Shown: piece by piece, positions 50,788-61,692 of the stretch
How the letters are laid out: every line of letters begins with the position of its first letter
Position numbering within the stretch: position 1 is the stretch's first letter
Source: Zancudomyces culisetae HAW-14-8
Taxonomy: Eukaryota > Fungi > Kickxellomycota
Assembly: GCA_052426225.1 (NCBI GenBank)
Contig: JBNJNM010000022.1
Span: 186,001-250,000 of the forward strand
Length of the DNA: 64,000 bases
Reading direction: 5' to 3'
Made by a program: the position numbers and the translations under genes
The notes under the pieces: generated by a model
Databases searched by the model: none
The model's input: only the letters and a program-made list of their open reading frames with translations
What the model was told of the DNA's origin: nothing

Positions 50788-51786
50788 GTTCTTTTACTTT
50801 CTTTATTTACTATATTCTGACTTTATAAATATATTGCCTACTTTTAACTTTTTAAATAATAAGAATAAAGCAATGTTGAACCCGCAAGCTGAATCAACCA
50901 TTTAATGGGTTTAGTTGGAAAGATGCCCCGAAAAAATTGTAAATTAATTTGCTTGGAATTTACTTGATATTATTTTTTCACTACATTTTTCAAAGCAAAT
51001 GAAAAAATAATACACTGATGATATTTGTGATTATTAAACGTTTTTGATCAACTACACAAATTTGCTGAAAACCAATATATTAAATTATGCAAAAGCTAAC
51101 AATGTTGCTAGTCTCGCGCTTCTTACATATGTAAATATAATTTATTTATTTTTAGAAAATAGTGTACAAATACTTTTACTGGAAAAAAATCTTCTAATTT
51201 GTAGTTATAATCTAAAAAAAATCATACAAATATCCTTGTAGTGGCCTTGCACTTTTTACTCTTGACAAGTTATGAGTTTCCAACTCAGACTTTTAAGGTT
51301 TAGCAATAGTACTTCTATTTAAAGTACAAACTGCCTATAAATAACGCATCGCTTTTCATGAGTAAAAAAAAAAAAAAACCTGACGCAAAATATCAGTATG
51401 GGTTGTATTTTCTGACTGTTTCAATAGCCAATATTTGCAGAGTACTTAAAAAGAAAAAAAAGACATCGCTTGTGTATGTTTTATTTGGGTTTTTGACAAA
51501 TATGACGTGTTGAGTTTCTTGAGATATAAGAAAGTGTATGGGGGGGAGGAGTGTAATGCAGACTCACATATCGCTTCGGCTTATGACGCTAGTGTTCACA
51601 CCTTGTAATTCAACCAAGCTAGCAAACATATGAACAGATCTCTAGCTTAAAAAGAAATATCGAATACTTCCCACTCTCTCAATCACAATAAAAAAGTTAT
51701 CTTTTATTTCCGCTTTTATTAATATCAGGATTTGTCTATGTTTTGTCTACAAAATTTAGCACAAAGTATCGAAATTGTCTCTATAC

Positions 51787-52686
51787 TTATAAATTCAAGC
51801 GTTTTGACAAGTTACCAATGCTAACTCCAGTCTCATCCGAAATAAACTTCAAGAAATATCCAATTCTAGTGTAAAATGCAATAGAGTTATCTCCACATTC
51901 ATTAGAGGCACTTGGATCCTTGTTGCTTCCATTCGACGTCATACCAACGAGCACCTGTTCTCCATCGAGTACCGTTACTAGAGGCCCACCAGAATCACCT
52001 TGGCAAGAGTCATTTCCAGTATAACTCTCTTGACATATCAATGGTCCATAATTGGTTGTCCAGTCGCGGTTATAATTTGTACAGTTAGAGCTGCTAGAGA
52101 TATCCACTACTGTTTTCAGCAAGATATTAGATGGCGTAGCGCTACCTGCTGTAGTAACACCCCAACCTGCAACTGTTACTGGTAGTTTATTGTATACTCT
52201 GAATGAATAAACCTTGATAGGGGTTGCAACGCTGTTTGGAACTGATTTTTCTAGTTTCAGTAGCGCAATGTCGTGTGCAGAATTTGTGGCGTAATTTCCT
52301 GGGTTAACTTTAACTACATTATAATAATCAGTTCCAGAGTTTGGATTGCCAAGTGAACGGCTTCCAAGTACAATTCTGTAACTATCTGGACTTATTTCTA
52401 CGTTATTCGTAATTGCGCAATGACCTGCAGTGAGTATATAGTTTTCAGTGATCAATGATCCAGTACAAACAAATCTATAAGAATTTCCCGACTTTAGAAA
52501 TATTTGCGCTGCAAATCCGAATTCGTTGCTGTCCGTCTGAACACCGTTTATGATATTGGTTACAAGGCCTTCATTACTGCCTTGGTCTAAATCAGATCTC
52601 AATACTTTTCCGCTTCTTACCGCGTATCCTGATACATGGACTATGAAGGTTGGGACCAGAGAGATTAATACGCCTGTTAGTCTCAT
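51787..52686 (-). CDS. Secreted trypsin-like (S1A) serine protease, intact triad
   Basis: Signal peptide, IINGV mature N-terminus, ILTAGHC, HDIALLKL, DSCQGDSGGPL. Confidence 0.96.
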   Translation of the reverse strand: MRLTGVLISLVPTFIVHVSGYAVRSGKVLRSDLDQGSNEGLVTNIINGVQTDSNEFGFAAQIFLKSGNSYRFVCTGSLITENYILTAGHCAITNNVEISPDSYRIVLGSRSLGNPNSGTDYYNVVKVNPGNYATNSAHDIALLKLEKSVPNSVATPIKVYSFRVYNKLPVTVAGWGVTTAGSATPSNILLKTVVDISSSSNCTNYNRDWTTNYGPLICQESYTGNDSCQGDSGGPLVTVLDGEQVLVGMTSNGSNKDPSASNECGDNSIAFYTRIGYFLKFISDETGVSIGNLSKRLNL

Positions 52687-54090
52687 TGTATGCTAAATGA
52701 TATGCTTTTTTTTATATGATGAAAGTTGAAAAGTGAGCTTGTCCTTTTCAAAAGTTGGATTATGATCTTTTGTATTATTCTCTAACGAACAATATGTACT
52801 TATAATAAAACCCTTGATCTCGAACAGTTTATATGTTGCAAATAATAGAAAAAAATGTTAATCCAAATCCAAATCTTCCTTTTGCTACCTTTAAGCTTTA
52901 CTATGTCCAATAGTTGAAAATGTTGTTTTGTTACAAGTAGTAGATAGCTGTAATTTACGATAATAAAATTAACAAAATTATGATAATATATTGGAATTGG
53001 AAAGGAAAAAGCTAATGAGAAATGAGGAATGTGAAATTTAAGACTCTTTTTGTGGTGTTGGCCTGAGATTTATAGTAAAATGTAATACAGAAAATAACGA
53101 TCTAAAATAAGTCACAGTACGACACAACAAACAACACAATTAATAAAAGTGCAATAAACATATTAATAGAAGCAAATTACAATTTACTACGGGATTTTAT
53201 GTACTAATACACTGCTATTTGTATCAAGATTATATAAAGATCATTTGCTGTTGGAGTGGATTTTTTTTCCCTTAACAATAAATTTTATATATTTCCATTA
53301 AAATGGTATCATCCTAACATAATTAGCAAGATAACATCCACCAACATTGTTTAATCTTGACTAAAGCTGTGGGTGTATTCTGGCATAATTAGATAAAACT
53401 AGGTAAAAATATTGTAGTATTTGTAATGTTGTAACAAGGGGAAATAGGGTAAAGAATAGAAAAACTATTAGGTCAATAAATAGATTGCTTACATTTAAAC
53501 CTGGACTTATATACCACCTTGCCAATTGCATTTTGAAAACGAGAAAACCCGAAATAGGAAAAAAACAATTTTGGTGTGTGTGTCTTAGGTACATAATGCA
53601 TTTTATTATTACGATCACAGTTCATTGTTCTACCAACTTCAGCCTTTATTCAATTACTGTACACTGTTGTGTGAAATATAAAAGTAAATATACAAACTTT
53701 CTGGGTGAATAAATTATCTCTAACATTACAATAGACAACACCATTACTGAAACTGGTATTGCAAGCGCCAAATGTGCTCGTTTCTATGTAGTTTACTGGA
53801 GAAACATTGATTAGAGCCAGAATTTTTAAATGAGCAAGATCAACCGTTTTATTTTTGGCTATAACAGTTTTCTCAAATATACTGAAGAATAAACAGAAAA
53901 GAGTTTCAAAATCAGTAAACGAGTTAAAATTCAAGCTAATGTGGTTTTTCAGCTCGGTTTGCACCACCAGTCGGAATCCTATTTTTATGCTACACACCGA
54001 ACGTACATTTCCAATTTAAGTGCAATTTCTTGTGGTTTTCATTTACTTTCAACCAAGATTAATTGTTTATGCAGTCTGATGCTAATATAT

Positions 54091-54943
54091 TTTACTCTTT
54101 TAGTTACACAAAAGAACGAAGGTTTTAACATTCCTATAAAACTCTTTTTTCTACAAACACTGGGATATTCATTTTTGAATTCAAGTTGCTTTAGAACCAA
54201 AGAAAGTACAGTACGTTTTTGGAACGGATGCTTTTCGCAGCTTTGATTAATATTAATATTAGTTATTGGTACAGTTTTTGTTGTAATCAAAGCATAAGCA
54301 AATAAATAGATACAGAATATTCGAGCGTAAACCTGTTAAAGAGCAATAGATAATAATAAGTATGTCAGGGGAATGTGGTAGAGTATTGCGATTTGGATAT
54401 AAAAGAATACACTTTTGGTACTGGGATGCATTAATTTTCAGCTATAGCTGATAAGAAATAGGAGAAGGGGGAGGGCGAGGGGGTGAGGGGTAACAAACTT
54501 ATAACTTTATTAATGGTTATAGCAAAAGTATTGAATTATAATTTTGGAATATTATTTCTTAGTTTGATATAGTAAATATTCTTTTGCCAACAAAAGTTTC
54601 CAAAAAAACTATTTAAGCTTCGCATCTTCAAATGTGTAGAAAAACAAGTAATGCAACAGATTGAAACTCGGATTTATTGGTTCATATGCTTGATGAAGAG
54701 AGGCATGCGTAAGACTAAGGTAATGATTTTTTAAACAGGAATCAATATTAACACTTCACATCTGAGTAGGTAATAGCCCTTCTTAATTGTGGTAGTGTTA
54801 ATAACAAATATAATACTACATCCATAGCGAAAAATATCCGTTCTAAAGCGACCTGTATATAAAAATGAAATATTTCGGTGTCTGTAGAAAAAAGAATCTT
54901 TTGGAATGTCAAAACCTTTGTTCTTTATAACTAAATAAGTAAA
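54091..54943. repeat. Degenerate inverted repeat (arms ~54091-54238 and ~54827-54943)
   Basis: AAAGAACGAAGGTTTTAACATTCC..TCTTTTTTCTACAAACAC..GCTTTAGAAC matches the reverse complement of the right arm, AAAGAACAAAGGTTTTGACATTCC..TCTTTTTTCTACAGACAC..GCTTTAGAAC. Confidence 0.8.
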
Positions 54944-55253
54944 TGAAAATACCAAAATAAGAACATAATAACATGGAGATTGATTTTGCAGTTCACCCTT
55001 ATCCATACCAATATTTGTATAGTTTCAACATGTGTTGTCAAGACTGGAAAAGTGTTCACTTTCATCTGTTTCCTTTTGAATAAACATATAAATACTCCCA
55101 CTTTTCCCTCTTCCCTACTTTCTGCCCATCCGCCACCATCAGTCATTTAGTTTTGTTTAAAGTTATCAAATTTGCTTTGGTTTAATAGCACCAAAAATTA
55201 AAAAGTAAGAAATAAACAGATTGAAAAGGCTCTTGAAAATACCCTCTACAGCT

Positions 55254-56243
55254 ATGAAGTTCACAAGTACTACCAGTGTATCACTTTGCTTACTTGCCAT
55301 CGAAGCCAAACCAGCATCTCCAGAATCCAATAGTCAGATATTTAAAAGCATGCCAGACCTAAGGATATCAGGAGGACCTGGTGCTGACATTGCTGATTTT
55401 CCATTTGCAGTGAGTATACGTGCTTATACTAAAGATGAAAAAGTTACATCGCAATGCACTGGTGTGCTATTGTCAGACAGAGTTGTGCTAACTGCAGCGA
55501 CCTGCTTTGACAACTCAAATTTAAACGGTGCTGAGATTACTGATATTTATGTATCTGCTGGAAGTAATTTGAGCATAGAGAGCACCAAAAAGGAGCATAT
55601 GCTAGCTAGCAGTAGAATAAATGCTCCAGGGTTCAAAATTGATCAAGGTGCTATTTATGAAAACATTGCATTGATTTTTTTAGAGAAAAAGATTGAAGAC
55701 ACGGGTGTTAAATATGCCAAAATGTATCCGCATGAAATAGATGCTGGAATAAAACTGAAAGTAGCTGGATGGGGATTCAAAAAAAATCAAAGTCCAGATA
55801 CTTACTCTAAAGTTTTATTACAAGCACCAGTAAAAACTTCAATTTTGGATGTGTGTAAGAAATATAATACTCTTTGGAAAGATAATAGCAAATGTCAAAT
55901 ATGTACGGTAACCAAAAATAATCAGAGCGCATGTATTGGCGATCAAGGTGGTCCATTGGTGTACGATGCAGGTGAGAATAAGGTACTCGTTGGTATATTA
56001 AGCTTTTATGGGGCTGATGAGAATCGCATTGCATGTGCAGAAAACGGAATGCCTACTTATTATACGAATGTATATCACCATATTAATTGGATATCAGAAG
56101 TTACAGGAATAAGTAAAGACGAACTCGTAGCAGATGTGGAAAAAGCATCACCATCGGATAAGATTTCACCTGGCATATCGATTCTAATTTCTCTTGCCAT
56201 CACATTTTTCACTTTTCTTCTTAGCATAGGTATATTTGCTTAA
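55254..56243 (+). CDS. Catalytically inactive trypsin-fold (S1A) homolog with hydrophobic C-terminal anchor
   Basis: Probable start MKFTS at 55254; RISGG; LTAATC (His->Thr), ENIALI (Asp->Asn), GDQGGPL (Ser->Gln); tail ISILISLAITFFTFLLSIGIFA. Confidence 0.88.
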   Translation: MKFTSTTSVSLCLLAIEAKPASPESNSQIFKSMPDLRISGGPGADIADFPFAVSIRAYTKDEKVTSQCTGVLLSDRVVLTAATCFDNSNLNGAEITDIYVSAGSNLSIESTKKEHMLASSRINAPGFKIDQGAIYENIALIFLEKKIEDTGVKYAKMYPHEIDAGIKLKVAGWGFKKNQSPDTYSKVLLQAPVKTSILDVCKKYNTLWKDNSKCQICTVTKNNQSACIGDQGGPLVYDAGENKVLVGILSFYGADENRIACAENGMPTYYTNVYHHINWISEVTGISKDELVADVEKASPSDKISPGISILISLAITFFTFLLSIGIFA

Positions 56244-56473
56244 GTGTTTCTCGATTTAACAGGGACCCACCATTTATTAATTAAATACCATATAGCCTTT
56301 TATGTTTCGAACAAAAGGACACTTTTGAAACTTTAATAAACAAACTTATAACCCAAAGTGGTACCAATCATTTGTAACCCTGTAAAGGGAATTTGGTTTT
56401 AAAACATCTTATTTATTATCCAGCTTGTAACCCTAACTGTAACAACTTCGTTCCCACCATTGCATTTATACAT

Positions 56474-59400
56474 TTATTTTGGTGAATTCAACGTCAAAAA
56501 ACTAATACGTGGTATCAAGATGCTCGATATCAATGACTTTCTATTTGCCCGAACCACCCGTGGAGTCTGAGCTATCTCAGGCGTATCAACTGTCGCAAAT
56601 GGCTCTGAATTCAGTCGACTCAATACTCTTGGTGTACCGCTACTGCTACTGGTACTGCTACTACTAATACTACCACTGCCGCTGCTATTACTACTACCAG
56701 TTGATGATGGCATGTTGCTTGTTTCTACTCTGTACCCTACATTACCGACACTCCCGCTTCGTTTCAGCGTGTTTGTTCCCTGTTGACCATGGTAGTTGTT
56801 AATGGAAAAGGCATTATACGAGTTTTTCAAAGTACTTGAAATCAACCGATCTCTTTGTCGGTTTGCAAGCGTCCTTTCTACCGACCTACCACTACTACCA
56901 CCACTACAATTACCATTACCACCACTGGTGCCATTACCTTCACTATACTGTCTACCATTACCAGTTGATGAAAGTGTCGATGGTTTGTACAACAACACCT
57001 CCGATTTGAACTTGCTTACAAGCGTGTGTGAGGAAAGGCGACGTGAATTCCGTCGTCCTACTCCAGCCTGCCTCGTTGGCTTTGAAAGCATGTCAAAAAT
57101 CGATGCATTTTTTAGTGGAGATATTGTTTGCGCCCGGTCAATAACATTACTGCGTTGTTTCGAGTGTATCAATGACTCGGCTTTACCACTATCATTGACA
57201 CTACAACTACCATCATCATAAGTATGCCGGACTTTACCATTTATATCCACACTCGCATTCTGCATAGTCATAGATATTCCCAAAGTTTTAGGGGTCAATC
57301 GCTTGGATGGTGAAAACGAAATATTGCTATAGTATCTAGCCAATTTCCTAGAACTCGAAATTGTACTATTCGCATTAACCCCCGCTGTACTAGCCGCTGA
57401 CCCATGTTTTGTCGCTCTCGTACTCGCCCCATTCGTTCGATATGGATACCCAGAGGCTTTGTTTGGCGGTGATGATATCCGCTCACACCCACTCTGTTTG
57501 TGCTGTGTCTGCATTCGCAAATCTGAAAAAGAAGCTGACATACTTTTCTGTAGCTTTTTCTTGGGCAGTACCAGAATCTCCGTATCATTTAGTAGTCCAC
57601 CTGCTCTCTTCTTGGGAACGCTCTTCCGCTTATTAAACCCTAATAAATCCTTGTTCTTGACTCTATTGTTCACTGGAAGCACGAGTCCATTCCGCTCACA
57701 GAACACTTCAATCATACTACCCACTTTGCCCCCAAATACCGTCATTATACTGGAACCCAAAAATTTTTCGGTTGCAGTGGAATCAAAATACTGTAAATTT
57801 CCTTCATTCCCATTCACGCCACCACTTGTATTGATAAATGTCAGCAAAATTAATTGATCTATAAAGTATGAAACATCATTTTGAATCTCAGCCTCAATTC
57901 CGCTCTCAACAGCCACTCCTTTCCCTTCAACAAACGAATCCAAGTACCAAAAATACATCACTATTTGCATTTTACATTCCACCACCATCAGTACATTCAA
58001 CAATGCCTCCATATCCTCCACTCCCCTCTCCTTTGCGTTTGCTACTTCTGAAATAATCTTGCTCCTACGATTACACTTGTATTCGCTACTTTGATTATTA
58101 TCAATTAACAAAATATCCTTTTCTTCTTCCAAACATCCAGCGATATCATTGTATATCTCCTCAAACTCTTGCCCCTTCATCATTATCTCCTTGTCTATAT
58201 ATTCCTTGAGTCTTTGTTCATCGTTTTGTCTCAATTCGTTCAACCATTCAAGCCCGTACAATTCGATGTTTTCCGTTGTATTTACCGCATAAAAATTATC
58301 GACCGCAAGCTTGTCCAAGTAAAACACCTTTGCCCACTCTTCTATACTAAATATCTCTCGACTGTTTATGCATAACGTCTCATCATACTCGTCGCGATTT
58401 TTCATGTCAACCTGACTTGCACTATCGCTGCTCTGAACCATATTATAGTTGGCCCTACTGTCATTAATATAGCCAAACTCTAGTTCGTCCATCAAGTTGT
58501 GTTTTTTATTTTCACCATCATCAATCATTGTCAATTCAAAAATTTCCTCAACAGCTCGGCATATATATTCATCAGTGAGCTGTTCACACTCCAAAAACTC
58601 TTGTCCGCTGTTTATTGTTTCGTCTGATCTTCGAGCTGAAATGATATTCGTATTTGCCTCATATTCTCGTGTATCCTTTATCTGCTCATCGAGATTATCA
58701 TTTACACAACCCTTTAGTTCACACGTTGAGTTACTAACGACCATACTATCTAAAAGCTGAGGTATCAAATTTTTTTCCTTTATTACCAACACTCTATAGA
58801 CGCGACTTGACACGTACTTCAGAATTGCAAATCCGGCTTCTTTATCCATCACATTGTAGCTTAAACCTATTGACTGAACGTTTTCTAGTTGAGCCAATAA
58901 ATCTTTACCCTCATCAACCATCCTTTGTATCTCACTGTCACGTTTGCTAGCTATTTCCACCATCATTTCAGTTTCTACAACACTTCCCCACACCTTGAAA
59001 GCAACACCAACACCGTCTTTAACCTGTCCTAACAGCTTAACGCTTACAATCTCATCAGCAGTGGTTGCATGATCCCCTTTTTCATACTTGACCATATCTA
59101 CGTCCTGCCATGTTTTAATACTCACCAATTCCTTTACGGATTTAACCAATTCATAATACTTCTCGTTCATATCACTAACAACTATTTGCCTTTTCGCATT
59201 TTTTTTTCTTTTAGTAAATATCAGCACATGCTCACGTATTATTTCATCAGAGTTATACAACCCACACATGCCAACAACCGGACTCCCAAAATACTCTAAT
59301 GATTCTTCAATCTCATTGCTAAGTGCATCGACAAATTCAAAATCCGTTTCGCCAGGTTTGCTGCTATCACTAGCACTGTTATTACTAGAAACGCTATTAA

Positions 59401-60943
59401 CAGTACTTCCTCCCTTTACTCTGTCTTCTTTGCAAAGTACATCCTTCCAACCGTGATTCGAATAGGTAACTTGGCTAAAGTGTAAAAATTCCCCATTTAG
59501 CTCCTTAAAACAGAGCTTTCCTGCCGCAAAGCATATCTCTTTCTCTATAGTCATACTGCTATTGCTCTTCACTCCATTCATATCTATCCACCCTATTTGT
59601 GTATGCTTTGCTTTGTATGTCTCGCCTATTCCACATCCAGACAACTCTTTGTATATCGTATGTAGCTGCTCGAACATTGTCCTTTCCAGTGTAACCTGCT
59701 CAACGGTATCTAAACAGCTTCTGAACGCACTGCTATCTGCCCCAATATTACCTGACTTGTCATTCTCGCAAATGCTATCCTTGGAAAAAATAAATTCCAT
59801 TTCGTTAATATGTTTATCTCTAGTTGATGTCCTGCTCTTTGTTCCTACAAACTTGGCTAACGTCTTTATGCTTTTTGGAAACTTGCTAATGATAATCAAG
59901 TGGTTTTTTATTTCTGACTTTTCATTTAAATCATAATTTGCCATATTCAGCTCGATAAATGATTTTGATCTCGCATTTGGCGCTTGGTTTGATGATATAT
60001 CCATATTAACATTTCCTATAGCCCCAAAATGACTCGTCTTTCGGCGATTTTTTAATGTTTTCTTCACAGATAAACCCAGATCTCTCATACCCCCATTTCT
60101 ACCACCAGCATTCCTATTTTCTTCACTATCCTCCCTGGTGATATCTAATAAACTACTACTCATTACAGATGCTTTTCCGGGGTTCATCCCTTTGTAAGTT
60201 GAATTCTGGTATTGCTCAGATCCAATTTCCCAATCGACATCGGTTTCGAGTCGCATCAACAAATTTTTAAGAATTTTTAGTTTTGGTCCTCTTGGTAACT
60301 TGCATTCTTCTCTTTGCGCACCAAGAACATCTGGAAAATATCCATTTTCTTCCTTGTTACTCCCTTTTTGTTTATTTGAAACCCCTCCAGCCGTCAAATC
60401 CGCCTGCATCAACTTTGTTACATCTTGAATCTGACAAGTACCACTCAAGACGCTTTTCAAAACTACCAACAGCTTCTCATATAAAATTGGCTTCTCTGGT
60501 TTGTATAGTGCAATTTTACCACATAAATGATCCAAAAACGCCTTCAACGTACCTACATCGAGGCGCAGTCGTCTCTTTTCGATTTTTTCGGTCTTGTTCT
60601 CACTTATGTGGAGCTTTTTTCCAGGCTGGGTGCTGAAAAAACTATAATTCCAAGTAACATGGTAATTGGTTGCATGGATTGCTAGTATTTTGGAAACTAT
60701 GGAATATATAGTGTTGACTGTCTTATCGTACAGGCGTTTGTACTCCCGAATTATTTGAATCTGGTACTTAAGTTTGGCAATGTTTCGGGCGAGTAATTTT
60801 TCATTGCTTTGAACACTCTCAATAATTTTTAGCACTTTTTGCCTGTTTACTTTATAGTTGCTTAAATTCCCATACTCACTAAAGATTGTTTCTGTGTCTA
60901 TTAAAAAGTACAAATGATTTTTCATTGCTCTACCACACTCCAT
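56474..60943 (-). CDS. 1489-aa protein, probable Treslin/TICRR (Sld3)-like replication initiation factor
   Basis: Long ORF; ordered motifs LYFLIDT, VTWNYSFFST, TDVDWE, NHLIIISKFPKSIKTL, IGWID and VECKMQIV resemble recalled Treslin motifs; S/R-rich disordered tail with SP/TP sites. Recognised by eye only. Confidence 0.5.
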   Translation of the reverse strand: MECGRAMKNHLYFLIDTETIFSEYGNLSNYKVNRQKVLKIIESVQSNEKLLARNIAKLKYQIQIIREYKRLYDKTVNTIYSIVSKILAIHATNYHVTWNYSFFSTQPGKKLHISENKTEKIEKRRLRLDVGTLKAFLDHLCGKIALYKPEKPILYEKLLVVLKSVLSGTCQIQDVTKLMQADLTAGGVSNKQKGSNKEENGYFPDVLGAQREECKLPRGPKLKILKNLLMRLETDVDWEIGSEQYQNSTYKGMNPGKASVMSSSLLDITREDSEENRNAGGRNGGMRDLGLSVKKTLKNRRKTSHFGAIGNVNMDISSNQAPNARSKSFIELNMANYDLNEKSEIKNHLIIISKFPKSIKTLAKFVGTKSRTSTRDKHINEMEFIFSKDSICENDKSGNIGADSSAFRSCLDTVEQVTLERTMFEQLHTIYKELSGCGIGETYKAKHTQIGWIDMNGVKSNSSMTIEKEICFAAGKLCFKELNGEFLHFSQVTYSNHGWKDVLCKEDRVKGGSTVNSVSSNNSASDSSKPGETDFEFVDALSNEIEESLEYFGSPVVGMCGLYNSDEIIREHVLIFTKRKKNAKRQIVVSDMNEKYYELVKSVKELVSIKTWQDVDMVKYEKGDHATTADEIVSVKLLGQVKDGVGVAFKVWGSVVETEMMVEIASKRDSEIQRMVDEGKDLLAQLENVQSIGLSYNVMDKEAGFAILKYVSSRVYRVLVIKEKNLIPQLLDSMVVSNSTCELKGCVNDNLDEQIKDTREYEANTNIISARRSDETINSGQEFLECEQLTDEYICRAVEEIFELTMIDDGENKKHNLMDELEFGYINDSRANYNMVQSSDSASQVDMKNRDEYDETLCINSREIFSIEEWAKVFYLDKLAVDNFYAVNTTENIELYGLEWLNELRQNDEQRLKEYIDKEIMMKGQEFEEIYNDIAGCLEEEKDILLIDNNQSSEYKCNRRSKIISEVANAKERGVEDMEALLNVLMVVECKMQIVMYFWYLDSFVEGKGVAVESGIEAEIQNDVSYFIDQLILLTFINTSGGVNGNEGNLQYFDSTATEKFLGSSIMTVFGGKVGSMIEVFCERNGLVLPVNNRVKNKDLLGFNKRKSVPKKRAGGLLNDTEILVLPKKKLQKSMSASFSDLRMQTQHKQSGCERISSPPNKASGYPYRTNGASTRATKHGSAASTAGVNANSTISSSRKLARYYSNISFSPSKRLTPKTLGISMTMQNASVDINGKVRHTYDDGSCSVNDSGKAESLIHSKQRSNVIDRAQTISPLKNASIFDMLSKPTRQAGVGRRNSRRLSSHTLVSKFKSEVLLYKPSTLSSTGNGRQYSEGNGTSGGNGNCSGGSSGRSVERTLANRQRDRLISSTLKNSYNAFSINNYHGQQGTNTLKRSGSVGNVGYRVETSNMPSSTGSSNSSGSGSISSSSTSSSSGTPRVLSRLNSEPFATVDTPEIAQTPRVVRANRKSLISSILIPRISFLTLNSPK

Positions 60944-61692
60944 GCTTAACTATCTATATTTCTATGTTACTGCCAAAATAGTTTCATTGTACTACTTTTT
61001 TTATATTATACCAGTTTACTCCACCCTTGCTGAATTCACGCTAATAAGGTTGCATACAACGTACAGGTATGAATGGTCATGTATTAAATACTCCGGAGCT
61101 TGATATTCTCTCAGAAGCTTGTATATATCAAAATGGACTAAAATGTGCAGATATTCGTTAATTGAATTTTTTTTTAATAGCCCTTTTTCGCGTAAATATT
61201 ATTGTACCTTTTGTTTGTTTTATTAGTGTATTTATGTCTTGCTTTTACACAAACGAATTTTCTTTGGTCCCATTTCTCTAGTATAAACAATTACAGCCCA
61301 CTAAAACTAACGCAAATATTACCTCATTCCTTAAAATCAACACACATTCTTTTTGTTTTCTGAGCATACACATTTACCTTTTTCTCCAAGTCCAGAAAAA
61401 TTTGGCAAAACTAACCAGACCCTTTACAAAAAAAAAATTTTCCTCTAATCTATCTTCCCCTCCCTTCTCATCTATCTCATCATTTGAGCTTTTTGTATAT
61501 TGTCTACTACATCCATAGTTTATTTACAATTAAATCTCTTTCATTAATGTAAACAAATAGTTTACACGTTTACTGAAAGCCTATTGGGCATACCCTGTTT
61601 ATCAGCGATTTTGAAGTTTCAATTTGCACTTTGCGTTTATTTGTCAATTTATTTTAAATCTATTTATTACTAACTTATGTTTGAATGCAAAT

